A stretch of 64,000 nt of DNA, taken from NCBI RefSeq assembly GCF_902459465.1, contig NC_047069.1, positions 17,112,001 through 17,176,000 of the forward strand, given 5' to 3'. The position numbers and the translations under genes are program-made. The notes beneath the pieces were generated by a model. The model worked only from the letters and a program-made list of their open reading frames with translations, did not search any database and was not told where the DNA came from. This DNA is from Asterias rubens (lineage: Eukaryota). Below are positions 26,302 through 38,896 of this stretch, piece by piece (position 1 is the stretch's first letter; each line of letters opens with the position of its first letter).

Positions 26302-28438
26302 TCAACTTTCATGAGCAATTTTAGAGCATGTATGTTTGTTGTGGCCTTTTACACCACACAAACTACAAGTAACGCTGAATTTCATCAAACGTTCACATTC
26401 CTCAAGATCTTCAATGCGGTTTTGTTTCTCCATTATTTGTTTTAAGGCAATCTCCTTATGATTAGTGCCTCGAAAAAACCAGCGTGTTACACAGTCATTC
26501 AGTTTTTCAAGTCCCTGCTGGCTGAAAAGTGCGATATTACCATTCAGTCGGATTGATTCCCCAATATGATTTGCCAGTATATGCATATAAGGAGTCGCAT
26601 CTTTGGTGGGGTATATGTTACAGAACAGTTCTAACCAAGATCTTGCACTACATTCAAATGCTTTCAAAGCAACTTCATTTTGATTAGACAAACCTGATAT
26701 TTCTGTTATCAAAAGTTTGAAGTTACTCCAAAGTTGTTTCAGACTAGGAAGTTTGGTGAATGATGTACCAGCCAAGAAGTAGTCTAAATCGATTGAATTG
26801 AGAATCCGCCAGTGCTCTGGTCCAGTGAAGTCTCTGTAGGTTAATTTACCAGATCTATCAACTATAAAACACCACTCGATGTTCATTGACTGTACAAAGG
26901 TTTCAAACTTGTCTATGTTTGGAGATTGTTTAGCATGTGCAATTCTTACTTCATTATCATACTCCCTAAGGATTGATATCAAATGCCCAACAAGTTGATC
27001 AGAGATTCTCAAAAAGAGATGCAATGTGTCTGGAACAATGCGTATTATAGGTATTGAGGTAAAAAGGGGCGGATTTGAACAATTTGTACTTGTTCTTTTT
27101 TTGCCTCGCATATTGTGTGATTGATTCAATAGTTCGAGCACCACTGGCTTGGTTTATCATTGACCACTGCTTTCTGTGGTCCCATCTATCAGATTTTGAA
27201 CAATGACACCACAGGCAGCTGTATGTTGAGCTACAAGCATCCAGTCCTGTCATAACATTCAAGAACTTCAAATCTCCACCAAGGAAAAATACAATATCAA
27301 ATACTCTACCATTGATGACAATAGTCTGCATTTCTGATACTTCACAAAGGATAGGGTTTAACGCATCTTTTAGTGACTGGTACTTTTCCCTGACTTTGAG
27401 GATTGAAAGTATGTGGTTACCTGTTACACTCTTACAGTTGGCTTCATTCATAACACTAAACACAATATTAACAACATGTATTCTCTTCCCCAAGCATGTA
27501 CCATCTCCAAACAGTTTAACTTTAATAACAGAATCTGTCATTGGGTTATTATTGGTCAGTTTATTGATCCTAGTTGTTAAACGTTCTCTCAATGATTGAA
27601 AAACACCTATGCCTCCAGGTAATTCCTGAATGTTGTAACTTGCATTGAGTTGGTTGGCATACAACTTCACTGAACGTAATTTTGGAAACTTTGCTGAAGA
27701 AAGAGCCAATTCATGGTACGTTTTGTCAGAAATACCATATCGATCTTTGAGATACAATGCCTTTTTGTCACTGATGTTCAAGGTACCTTTTCCTGTGACC
27801 ATGATGTTTATCATTTTTTTACCTTTTGTTTCAATGGAAATTCTAACAGGCTCATCTCCATCAGAACCAAAGAGTGGAAGTGCCTGCAGGATTTGCTTAA
27901 ATCCTTTCAATCTGTGCCTCCTTTGTGTTCGTTTACTAGCATTTGGTTGCAAGAACACTCCATTTTTGTTTTTCCGTTTGTTTTTGTGACTTTGAAGCTC
28001 TTTTTCAGCTTCTAATCTGAGAGATATTTGAGTCTGTAGGTCTCTTTCAAGTTTGGACTTCAACGCCCCTGGGCTTCTGAAAGTAAGTCTCAGTTTATAT
28101 GAACTTGTTCTCCACTTTGTAAGTAGTAGGTCTCTCGATTTTCCACCTGCAGATCTCTTTGGCTTTGCTTTACTGAGCATGTGCTTGGCTTTGGATTGAA
28201 GTGTCTTGAGGAGGGGTTTCACAAGTAGCTGCGGCATGTCAACATCATTTTCCATGCAAATGAACTCTAAAATTGATGTCAAATTGTCTGGTTCATTAAT
28301 TGGAGATTGTAGACCTTTAAAGAGCTCATATAACACATAGTTGTTGATAGATGCACACCATTCATTAACAGGTTTGGCAATAATGGGAAGGGGCATAAAA
28401 TCTAAAGCCAACAACACTGCAAATGTTGAAAATGCCAT
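26302..28438 (-). mobile_element. Transib/RAG1-core-like DDE transposase, copy A (one frameshift near 27081)
   Basis: Ordered motifs KVKLFGDG, LGGDLKFL, CLWC, PDTLHLFLR, TPYMHILANH and FSQQGLEKLND parallel RAG1 KESCDG, GYDEKL, CTLC, DALH, NYFHKTLAH and SEGNES. C-terminal knuckle CSLCGVKGHNKHTC. Confidence 0.75.
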
Positions 28439-28491
28439 AATGTACACTGAACTTGTCTGATTAAATTTTGGGACTTTTGTTTAAAAATCCC

Positions 28492-29875
28492 TCACAGTAC
28501 AATGTCCATGTCAGTTTTGTTTCCTGTACCCTTTACAAACGTTAACACAAACATAAAACCTCTTTGCAGACATGTTGGTTTCAATTCTTTGGAAAAAGTC
28601 TTCAACACCCTTCTCTTGTAGATATAATATGTCAATGTTGCCTTTTTTACATATGCAAAGTCACCGTTTGAATTACTGATACGGTACCACCAGCCGAACT
28701 CCAGGAAGTTTTCAAAGTTTTTAGGTTGATATTTAACACGCTTTGATGAGCAGTTGATTTTCTTCCCAATATGTCTGATTGCAGTGAACGTTTCTTCTTG
28801 AATGGGTATCTTAATAGTTACTTGGCTGTCACGCTTTCTAGCCAAGCTAAGTTTCTCCTGAATGGAAGTTATAAGGGTTGTCCTAAAAAAAAGCGAAGTG
28901 TTATCTTGTGTTGCTGTCGTATCCCTTTCAACTATCTCACCGATTTCTCTCCATTCATCAAAGGAGTGTGGCCATCCAATGTAGTGCACCAGGGACTCTG
29001 TCTTTTGTAATGTAACTCTTTGGTCGAGTATTTGAACGTCAAACAAAGTGTCTGTTGACCATCTGCGGGAATTTTTTTCCGACTGTGTTGATGCTTTACA
29101 CCCGAGTTGTTGTTCACAACGGCCAAATAGTCTAGTCTTTTGAGCTTCCGGAGCTGTGAAAACAACATAAATTATACATAAATTAATAGACATAGGCTTA
29201 TTTTAATATTGATAATCAAATTTATGTTACTTTTTAGGAAGGGTGTTTTTATTTTATTTTCAAATTCAAGTAGGCACATAATTGTACTAAATGTGAGAAG
29301 GCACGACATAGTCAGATAGGCCTAGTGACGTTAGGCTATTTCGACATGTTGTTTCCAAATTGTTTATTTATTTATTAAATTATTTGTTTATTTTTTGTGT
29401 ATGATTGCAAGGCTAAATTTCTTGCTGTCTGTGTACTGAATGGATTGTAGCTGTACTATTAATATCATATTACTATTTAGTATTAGCCCTACCTTTACAA
29501 AATGAAGGCTGCTGCTGGAGTAAGTCTTAGCCTACCAATTTGTTTTTCAGTTTTACAACGTTAGCCCAAGTTCAATTTATTAAGCCAAACAGAACAGACC
29601 TAGCACGACTCTCCGATTGAACTTGGTTGGTCGACGAATGGACTTGCCCAACCACAAAATGGTATTGTCTAATGTACACACGGAAAAATAAATTAAAAAC
29701 TTGTGTGACAGGCGTTTTTTGTTTCGCCCTGTTACAGTCATTCTTACTTGAAAAGTTACGAATTTTATCACAAAATGTTCTATATGAGTACCTTATTCTA
29801 ATAACATAAAAGTTAAGGGTCAAAGACCCTTTTTATGATTAAACTTACCTTGTAAACTTTGCCAGCGGGACCCAT
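28492..29875 (-). CDS. Two-exon chromo-barrel (Tudor-knot) protein gene (exons 29875-29849 and 29153-28492); 1-nt slip in an A7 run
   Basis: Exon 1 ATG...AAG|gtaagt and exon 2 ttcacag|CTC give MGPAGKVYK-LRKLKRLDYL. Downstream is LVHYIGWPHSFDEW (MOF/MRG15-like VHY.GW...DEW). An A8 at 29072-29078 would join the frames. Confidence 0.7.
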
Positions 29876-30444
29876 GGAAGCGACGACTGACAGTACATAC
29901 ACTTCACACGTTACACACGGACGTACACCCAAACTCTGTGTTTCCGCGCGCGCGCCTGACTGTCAGATAGTTGTTGATAACAACTTAATTGTTATTGGCT
30001 ATCAAAAGTACGGTTCTAAATATCCTCCAATCAACAAGTGCTTTAAATGACTTCAAGGGAGATTCCTTAATACATCTAATACCGCTTGAACTGTTGAAAT
30101 CGGCCGAGGGGTGGCGCTGTTTCACTTTTCTAAACAAAGCAATGCAATCAAAACGGCGGATCGCGCAGCGTAAAAAGAGCTGCTGGACTGTTTTTAAATC
30201 GCCGAAGTCCGGTTTTATTTTATATTTAATTCTTTTTAAATTTATATGATATAAACATGGATACTTTTTCAATATAACTGTGTTTGAACTGTGCAGATGA
30301 GTTCATGTGGATCGGATTATATTGGGCTTTATGTGCACAACTTGTAGAAAAGGGTTCGGCGCGTCATGTTTAAAATCATTATCAAACGTTTTGGCCGCAA
30401 CGTTTTCATATGACAATATAATTTTAACCCTTCTTTTGGATAAC

Positions 30445-30562
30445 TTTCCGTATGGCGCCACCACTTTTTCACTCATTTTTACAAAAAGGGATATATCAAT
30501 CAGGTAAATTAGATACTATATTATTTTATTTCGAATGAAAAAGTGGTGGCGCCATACGGAAA
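30445..30562. mobile_element. Small MITE/hairpin with a 27-bp perfect inverted repeat
   Basis: tttccgtatggcgccaccactttttca (30445-30471) / tgaaaaagtggtggcgccatacggaaa (30536-30562). Confidence 0.8.
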
Positions 30563-30574
30563 CTTTTCCCTTCT

Positions 30575-30770
30575 TTTTTGTAGACCCTACTCCATAAGAC
30601 ACAGTGTTAAAGGAACCCTACACACACTCCAACTCGCCAAGAAAACCCTACACGCATCTAATGTACGTAAATGAAAATCAGCATTTTCCTACCCATCTCA
30701 TTTTGTAGACCCTACAACCCTACTCCATTAGACACAGTGTTAAAGAAACCCTACACACACTCCTCATATG
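30575..30770. repeat. ~133-bp-period direct duplication containing CACAGTG
   Basis: ccctactccat.agacacagtgttaaag.aaccctacacacactcc occurs twice. Confidence 0.75.
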
Positions 30771-31884
30771 AATTTGTTACCCCCTGTTTTGTTCACCTAA
30801 CTTGACTGTTTAATTCATACCATGTGTGTACTGAACACAGTGACTGGGCTCACTGAGAGGATTAGCACTATCTCTGTGTGGGTGTGCGTTTGTCTGTGAA
30901 CCCTGACTTTGGGATCTTCCATTCACAAAATGGGTAAAGCCTTTGTTAAATCCTTATACATGTACACCACTGACAACAGTGATTAATCAATGATAATGAG
31001 ACACAGTATTTCAAAAAGAACTTACTACTTGTATTTATTTCTCATTACAAAACAAGTTACAGTGTCACTTGTTAATGATACATTACATTATATACATTAT
31101 ATCCCAAAGTGCATCACTATTAATATTTATATGTTAAAAAAAGAAGCTGGAAATAAACAAAATACAACTGAATGCTAAGGTATCTCACTTGGAAAAAAAA
31201 TCTGTAAATTTCTCAAGGAAAGGGGTATTCTGATAAATAAACAGAAAACAAAACTAATTACTTTGAACACAGGAACGTTTATTGTGGCCTTCATTGTCAC
31301 AATTACTGCAAGTTATCTTGTGCTTTAGTTCACGCTTGCAACTTGGAGAAAGATATTCGATTCTATTCTGTTTGTTCATTAACTGGGTTAAACAGGCATG
31401 CAACTCTTCCGCGTTTCCGCGGAATTCCGCGTTTTTAAAAAACTGATTAGCACTAAGAAAAACATTCCGCGGTTAGCGCGATCTTAAGACAATTTACAAC
31501 AATGCATCGTAACGCATGGTCTGGCCTCTGCCGCGGCACGCAATCCATTCTACTGCATGGTCAATCTAAAGCCCACAGCAAGCAATGCATACGTTTACAC
31601 ACTGCGTGCGGTCATTAATAGCCGTGTGTACGGTCAAAGAATCTCAAACAGTGGAACGCACCCCGTGGCGCAGGCGAGTTGTGTGCTAAACCAAGTTATT
31701 ATACAGCCTTGAAATGAGTCTAAGGTCATGTCTTCGTCTGGTCCCGCTATTTTGCAATAGTATACACGTTGTGTACATGTACTGTGTGTGTGTGAGTTAG
31801 TTACCAAACGTACATGTATACTGCTGCTGTGTGCGAGTCTCACATTGCGCTACGAAACAGTCGCATCTTCAAACGTCCGTCAAA

Positions 31885-32165
31885 ATGACATCCAAAAGAA
31901 ATGATATTTTAGAGCGGGGCCGAGTGGTACCTGGCCAAATTAAAGCCATAGATAAAGGAGTAAAAAATACCTGGAAGTGGTTCTGGTTGGAAAAATAAGA
32001 CGTAGACGGTAAACTGCTCTCCGAAACCGTCCGGAAAGTGGACAAGCCAGGAATGGCATATTGTGATGTGCAAGACGGCAAGCGGGGACAAGTGGCTCTC
32101 ACCGACCATTGTAAGGCGGCAAAGCATCAGGAGTTGATTAAGTTGAGGAAAACTAACTATTGTTT
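31885..32165 (+). pseudogene. N-terminal fragment of a hAT-type transposase (zinc-finger region)
   Basis: IDKGVKNTWKWFWLEK*...VRKVDKPGMAYC...RG..AL.DH....KH; internal stop and deletion. Confidence 0.55.
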
Positions 32166-32360
32166 CCCAGGTAGTTATGAAATTTGCATAAAATTATTAT
32201 TCCACCCCCCAAAAAAAATCAAAAAAAAAAATCTGATTATTTTTTTTTTTTTTTTTTTTTGGGGGGGGGAAATAATAATTTTATTCAAATTTCATAATTA
32301 CCTGGGAAACAGTAGTTAGTTTTCCTCAACTTAATCAACTCCCAATGCTTTGCCACCTTA
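32112..32360. repeat. Fold-back inverted duplication, ~110-bp arms
   Basis: taaggcggcaaagcat..gagttgattaagttgaggaaaactaact...tcc.ccccc is mirrored by gggggggga...agttagttttcctcaacttaatcaactc..atgctttgccacctta. Confidence 0.85.
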
Positions 32361-32521
32361 GAATTACGGTGCATACATGATACATAGGCAAGGTGTTTTT
32401 CCATGTTATTTTAGTTGTATAAAACACTTCACTTTGTCTTTGCCATACATGCTAAGATTGATCCTAAGAGTACACTTTTTAGGGTACCATTGTGGGTCTC
32501 GAAAAGTTTCCTCTTTTTTTT

Positions 32522-33055
32522 TCATCGGGCAGTTGCATGCCTGGTTAAAGCATCCAAAATGTGATGATTGGTGGCTTTAAAGTACCAACTTGTTATACGA
32601 TCATTCAACTTTTCAAAAGTTTGCTGAGAAAATTTACTTAAGTTACCATGCATTTCAATTGAGCTTTTCACATGCTTTGCAAAAACATGCATATACAGAG
32701 TTACATCGTTGGAAGTGTGCACTCGATAGTAATCATCGACCCAAGATTTTGTTTTGGATCCAAATTGTTCTAGTTGTTCATGATCCATATCCGTTTTCAT
32801 TTCCTCTTTCAATTCTACGAATCGTGACCATAGACTTTTCAACAATTCTAGTTTTGGGTGATCTCTGCCATAAAAATTGTCTAGACATATAGCTTTCTGT
32901 ATCTTTTCATGTTGTAGCATTTGTTTCCTCAGAAATGTCAACCTAAGAACGGTTTTTAATTCCACTGGTACAGTGCTAAAAAGCCATGCAAGCACAGACC
33001 ACAGGATGTCAGTGGGGGATCTCGAGATAAACGTTTGCCTTATGGGTGAAACCAT
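32522..33055 (-). pseudogene. Transib/RAG1-core-like transposase, C-terminal fragment (copy C)
   Basis: TLYMHVFAKH, FSQQTFEKLND, FKATNH. Confidence 0.7.
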
Positions 33056-33771
33056 TCATCGAGAAAAGGGGTGCACATAAACTTTTGTGTGAGGGTGTGC
33101 ATTATATGTGTACAGCCTTTTCCTTAATGATTATACAGTACATTATTAAGAAAAGTGGACATACACAACATAATTTCAAATTGAACTCTTCCGAGCAAGA
33201 ACAAATTTATTTAAACAGAAAAAGAAAGTTTGATAAAACGAAAACAATTATGTACACTGCTAGTGCTACTATTCCTACAGTGATGAAAAAAAATATACAT
33301 GTACACAGGTAAACATATTTTGTCTGTTACATGAAACAAGTTCCATTGGCAAAATTCACTTGTAAAAGTTGTACTTAACCCACCTCTTTGATCAAAATGA
33401 GGAACTATAAAGGCAGTCAAAATCATCTTGTTTGAAACAACATTTTTATCAAACAGCACGTGATTGGTTTTGGAATGGATGCGTTCATCTAGTTTAAGAA
33501 GTATATAAGTTAAAACAAACTCAAGAATGAATGTCATCAGCTGTTGGCGTCTAATACTATAATTTCAGATACGATGTTTTTGCATATGACAGACTGGTTT
33601 TTGTATGAACTTCACAAACATTAAGATTTAAAAAAACTTCTACATACAATAACAAAGTTGTTTGTATCGAAACTAACATTTTTTCGAACATACATACATT
33701 AAATACATTAATTAAAAACTGTTAGAATATGCATCCTTGTTAAATTGGATACGTCAACATTAAACATCAAC

Positions 33772-35956
33772 TCAATCCAGGGCTCCTTTCTGTAGTAAAA
33801 GAGGAACATTTTGGCTTACAGAGCAAGATGGCTTGTAATGTCCTTCATTTCCACACTTAGTACAGTGTGCTGTGTTTGACTTTCTATGACAAGATGGGTA
33901 CAGATAAACAATTCTGTTGGCCTTTTGAATGATCTGTTCCAGGGCTTGTAAGTTTGATATTTTGTGATTTGAGCCTCGAAAATAACTCTTTGTAATCTGG
34001 TCATTCAGTTTTTCAAAACTCTGTTGTGAAAATCGGTTCAGGGAGCCATGGTTTGTTAGCACTGCAGCAACATGTTTTACCATGACATGCATATAATATG
34101 TGATGTCCCTTTTCTGGTAAACAGTGGAATATAACTTAACCCATGCTTTTGCTTCGTTCTGAAATTTCAAAATTCCATTTACATCCAAGTCCTGTTTCAT
34201 TTGCTCCATTAATTTAGGAAAGTCATGCCATAATTTTCAATGTCACTCAGCTTTTTATGCCATGGCATGAGGTTTTTTAGGTTGATTTGGAATTGAATTG
34301 TTTTATGTTCAGGACCTGTGAAATCTCGATATTCAAGCAATCCGGTTTTGTCGGTAAAGCAGGTCCATTTAATACCAATGCCGGTGATGAATAATTCAAA
34401 CTTTGCAAGATTCTGCTGCTGCTTGTCATTAGTTTTAGAATTTTTGATTATATTATCCTGGGTCTTCAATTCGAGAATTAATTTTCGAATGAGCTGATCT
34501 GAAATTCGAAGATATAAATGAAGTGTATCCATAACAACATTGCTGTAGTCAATAGAGAACATCGGTTGGTTAACACAAGCAAAGAACTTTAATCTGCTTT
34601 TACCAGGCATCTTTGCAAGTTTGCGGGTTTCTTCCAAACTTCTTAATTGACAATCAGCTTCCACATCAAACAACAGTATTTACTTGAACAAGCACCAATT
34701 CCCATCATTTCATTCATAAATTTTAAATCTGCACAAAAGCAAAACTGAAGAGTCAATGTTATCGCCTTAAAATCAAATGTATTTGTACTGGAAATGAAAT
34801 TTATTGTATCATCAAGTACAGGTTTCAGCAGATGGTATTTTTCTGGACATGTTGTGATGGCTAGTACGTGATCAGTTGAAACAAAGTTTCCAATTATAAC
34901 CACAAATCCAATGTTGGTGACTTTTAGTCGTTTCCCACAGGTAGTTCCATCCCCAGTTATTTTTACTTTGACAATGTCTTTGTCTTTCAGTGACAGTTCT
35001 TGGTGCAAAGCCTGCATATGCTCCAGTGCCAAAAAGAGCTTGTCCTCCAACCTCTCTGTCACGGCATTTGACTCTTCAAGTTTTTGAACTTTAAACATTG
35101 AATTTATTGCTTTGGCTCTCGTCTGTATTGACAACAAGGGTGGCATCAACCCATTGCTTTCCAATGCATATTCACGATAAGTCACATCGGGAACACAGTG
35201 TCTGTCTTTCAAAAACAATGACTTATCAACAGACAATTTAGTGTGCTCACATTCATTTTCAATTGAGCCGGCCCTGTGTATATTTCCGTACTTGTCTCCA
35301 AGAACTAGGTGTTTAGGAAGAAATCCTTCCTGGAGAAGAAAATCCCATGTAACATTCACTTCATTTTGTAACTGCTGTTTTTGTTTGGATTTCCATTGCC
35401 TTGAATACGTTCCCTTAGATTTCACACTACGCTTTGTTCCTACCCTCCTCTTAATGATCCTGGAGAGCAAAGTGTGGGCTTTCTTAGTTTGTTTTTTGCA
35501 TTTCTTGGCTTCATTACTGACCTTTTTAGCATGTTCTTCCGCAATCTTCCTTTTTTTCCATTCATTTTCAATCTCATGCAGAATTTTTCTTTTTGCACCA
35601 CAAAGTTTAAGTTTATAAATTTGTTCTTTGAATGCCGACACTTGCCTGCCTCCCTGGTTTAGCACAACTCGAAATTTACCAATCAATTTCTTAAGTTTAG
35701 AACGAAGGGCATTAACTGCCCGAGTAAGATGGACATATGACAGATCAATCTTGTTGCTTGCACACAGGTTTTCTAAGACTGATTTGGCAGCTGACTCGGT
35801 GCGAAGTGCATGTCCACTAGATTTTGCTAGTTCATGAAGAGCAAAATTGCTTACTTCAATTACCCAATCATCATTTGGATTTGACAGAGCCAAGTTTTTT
35901 ATCAAAACCATTGACAGTAAAACAAACAGCACAAACCAAAACTTAACAAGTGCCAT
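33772..35956 (-). pseudogene. Transib/RAG1-core-like DDE transposase, copy B (at least two lesions)
   Basis: KVKITGDGT, CADLKFM, MDTLHLYLRISDQL, RDFTGPEH, YYMHVMVKH, FSQQSFEKLND, CTKCGNEGHYKPSC. Confidence 0.75.
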
Positions 35957-36109
35957 GTTAACTATTATCTGAGAATTTAGCAAGAGTTAGCAAAAGTTAA
36001 ATCTGGAAAACAAAGTACCAAGTTATCACATTTTACGACCCTTGTGCTATATTTGATTTGGCTAGAGTTTAAATACAATGTATGTATGTATACCTGTTAG
36101 TGTTACATG

Positions 36110-37760
36110 ACAGGTTCCCTCAAAATGTTTCAAAATGGTTCCAGTGCAGGTTTCCGCAGGTGCGATGCTTTGAAGGTGTTCGATACATTCAGGCAGTCGA
36201 AAAATTTGTCAAAAAACTCAACAAATACAACTGATGCTACAACTGATGCTACAACTGATACTACAACTGATACTACAACTGATACTACAACTGATACTAC
36301 AACTGATACTACAACTGATACTACAACTGATACTACAACTGATACTACAACTGATACTACAACTGATACTACAACTGATACTACAACTGATGCTACAACT
36401 GATGCTACAACTGATGCTACAACTGATGCTACAACTGATGCTACAACTGATACTACAACTGATACTACAACTGATACTACAACTGATACTACAACTGATA
36501 CTACAACTGATACCATGGCTTTCTTGTTGAACTGTTGGTTAAAAAGAAGTATGTAATTACAATAACTGTATATTGCCTTAAATATAAAAGGTTTTTAAAA
36601 CACACAGTTGACAATAACATTTGAAAATAGCAATTGAATGTCACTTCACCGTTATTTTTCAAGTTTAAAAGATTGGAAGAAATGCAAAGTTTGACATCAA
36701 CAAGTTTGTGATCTTGTGAACCCAAAAAATTACAACAGGACTTACACAAAGGGTCTTGGTCTAACTGTGATATCCGGAGTTCTCCCAGTTGTTGCGAGTT
36801 GTCTTGACAAGATGAGGGACGTCGCAGATGAAGAAAACATGACGGTCAGGATCGCAAGGATTGGCAGTGAAGTACGTAGCCTCTGCGGTTGCTTCTGAAG
36901 AATGCAGTCGATAAAACTTCCGGTTCGGTGATGCGCCGTCGGAAACCAGGGCACGTACCTGAAAGCCGGCCAACTCAAGGAAAACAATGGCCTCCCACAT
37001 GCATGGATACAGTTGGTCACTGCTGACGCCTGTACTCGGGTAGTATCCAACTGGTGCATGGAGTGCACTGAAAATTCCTAGAACCATGAGGGTAAGCACA
37101 TGACTGGCCACTGCCGGCTCCGACTCCCCACGACATTTCCTTTCAAAATCGGCCACCTCATTTGCTAAACTTCCCACATCAGTAAACCGAAGTACCTTTC
37201 CCGACCTCACTGAAAAGGCCAGACCCGCCTTGACTTTCATCTCATCAAACAGCAATGAAACATTCCTCTCATGAACCGGGCAAGACAAAATATAGTTATC
37301 TTGCACAACCCTGTTGAGCATCGCTGCATTAAACCCGGTTGTTGGATCGGCAAAGTGGGTATATGGATGCAGTATGCTTGGATGAGGCAACTTCAAAAAC
37401 CCACTCTGCCGAAGAAGATTAAAGAAGTTGAAGATTTACTTTGAAGGGCAATGCACCAACGTATGATTGCTGGGTGCCAGCAGATCTGCTGGCCCTTCGC
37501 AATGGCTTCTTTTTGTTGTTCCCACAACAAATCAGCTGCTGACCCCTTCTCAATGGTGTTTCCGAGAACTTCTTCACACTCAGCAAAGGTTCACTTTAGT
37601 TGGTCATTCTGCTCGTCAGAGACACAAAACGCCTCTCTTGTCATCAGCTCCGAGACTTTCTCCTGAAGCAGAACCCCACGACACTTTAAATTTCTTTTTT
37701 CCTTCTGCAGGAGTTACACCTTTTCCTGCAGCTGTCTTGACGTCAGTCGGATATTTGGCG
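36110..37760 (-). pseudogene. P-element/THAP9-type transposase remnant (central and partial C-terminal)
   Basis: LLWEQQK, WHPAIIR, LFDEMKVK (D), LVSDGASPNRKFY (D), CDVPHLVKTTRNN, FFDCLN. Confidence 0.85.
36228..36513. repeat. 12-bp tandem repeat caactgat(a/g)cta, ~24 copies
   Basis: Direct reading; translates to (TTDT)n on + and (SVVV)n on -. Confidence 0.95.
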
Positions 37761-37868
37761 TGGAGGCAATGGAAACATCTTGCCTTTTCTTGGCGCGTTC
37801 TTGCGAAACCATCGACATCAAGTCACCGCGATGCACCATGCATATGTCGCATCTCACCTTCCCCTCGG

Positions 37869-38400
37869 TCATGAGCTGGCAATGCTGGTGTTGTATGACT
37901 CGCCAACAAGGTAGTTCACCTGCTGTGTAACCCCTTCACAGTGGACACCAAAAATGCCAAGTTTCCTTGGTGTCAGAAAGTAGACGGGGCCAGGCTGCAT
38001 GGGGTCCGATGGGTAATGCACTTGCTGTGCAAAGTCAAAAGAATAGTGCATAGCGATGCGTCTGCTACATGGGTCGTTTTGGCCAAGTCGAACTCCTTCT
38101 CGCTCTGCTGTTACCTTCGACTCTTTCACCAGATCCCAGTAGAAGGCCCTCTCCGTGGCCACATTGGTCAGATGATCCTGTTGTTTTCGACATCGCCCCT
38201 GCTTCTGGTCATCTGGAAGGTTGGCAGACTTGTAAACCAAGTTATTGTTTTTCTGACATTGCCAGCAAACATCCGACATTGGTTTGCAGCACACAATGAA
38301 GGGACAGACCACATTCCAGATCTTTCGAAATGTTGTCAGAGCAACCACCCTTGCATCATTCTTAAAGGTTGAGTTTGGCTGACACGTAAGTCGCTGATTT
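37869..38400 (-). pseudogene. Sola1-type transposase fragment
   Basis: KPMSDVCWQC, SFDFAQQVHYP, QPGPVYFLTPRK.GIFGV.CEG..QQVNYL. Confidence 0.75.
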
Positions 38401-38896
38401 TTGCACACGGCCACGTCGTCGGGTCTACTGTGCGCATGACCAACAGCGTCTTGTCCAGTCACAGTCCTTTATTCTATGCACGTGATCCGCTAACTACGTC
38501 ATCCTTAGCAACAAGGGTAGTTTGTTTACCACTTTATTTCGTTCATTACTCGTTTGGATTTGACCTATGCCCTTCAATATACCCAAATATGGATAGAGGA
38601 GACGTCAAGCTTTAAGACCATACTACGTTTTATCTAAGGGGGGTTTATCATGACTTTGTGAAAGAAGGGGGAAAATGTGTCACTTTTTCTGTTTCATGTA
38701 AGAAAACTAGATCGATGCAAGAGAACAACAAACTCAAAAATGATGGGTTTTTTCACTTTAATCAATCAAATCAACATTTCTGTAAATAAAATCTGAAACT
38801 TAAAACATTAAAGATATTATATAATTTTTTGTTTTCACCCTCTCTACGTGGAGCGGCCTATTACACGTTAAAGCATAGCGCGACTTATGTCACCTT

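Noticed and set aside
30600-30842. Three CACAGTG heptamers as RAG RSS or Transib TIRs
   Set aside because: No ACAAAAACC-like nonamer at 12 or 23 bp, two arise from a local duplication, and no inverted partner with a TSD was found.
36107-36556. Mucin-like (TTDT)n or poly-LQLI protein
   Set aside because: These ORFs are by-products of a stop-free 12-bp tandem repeat within a P-type remnant.
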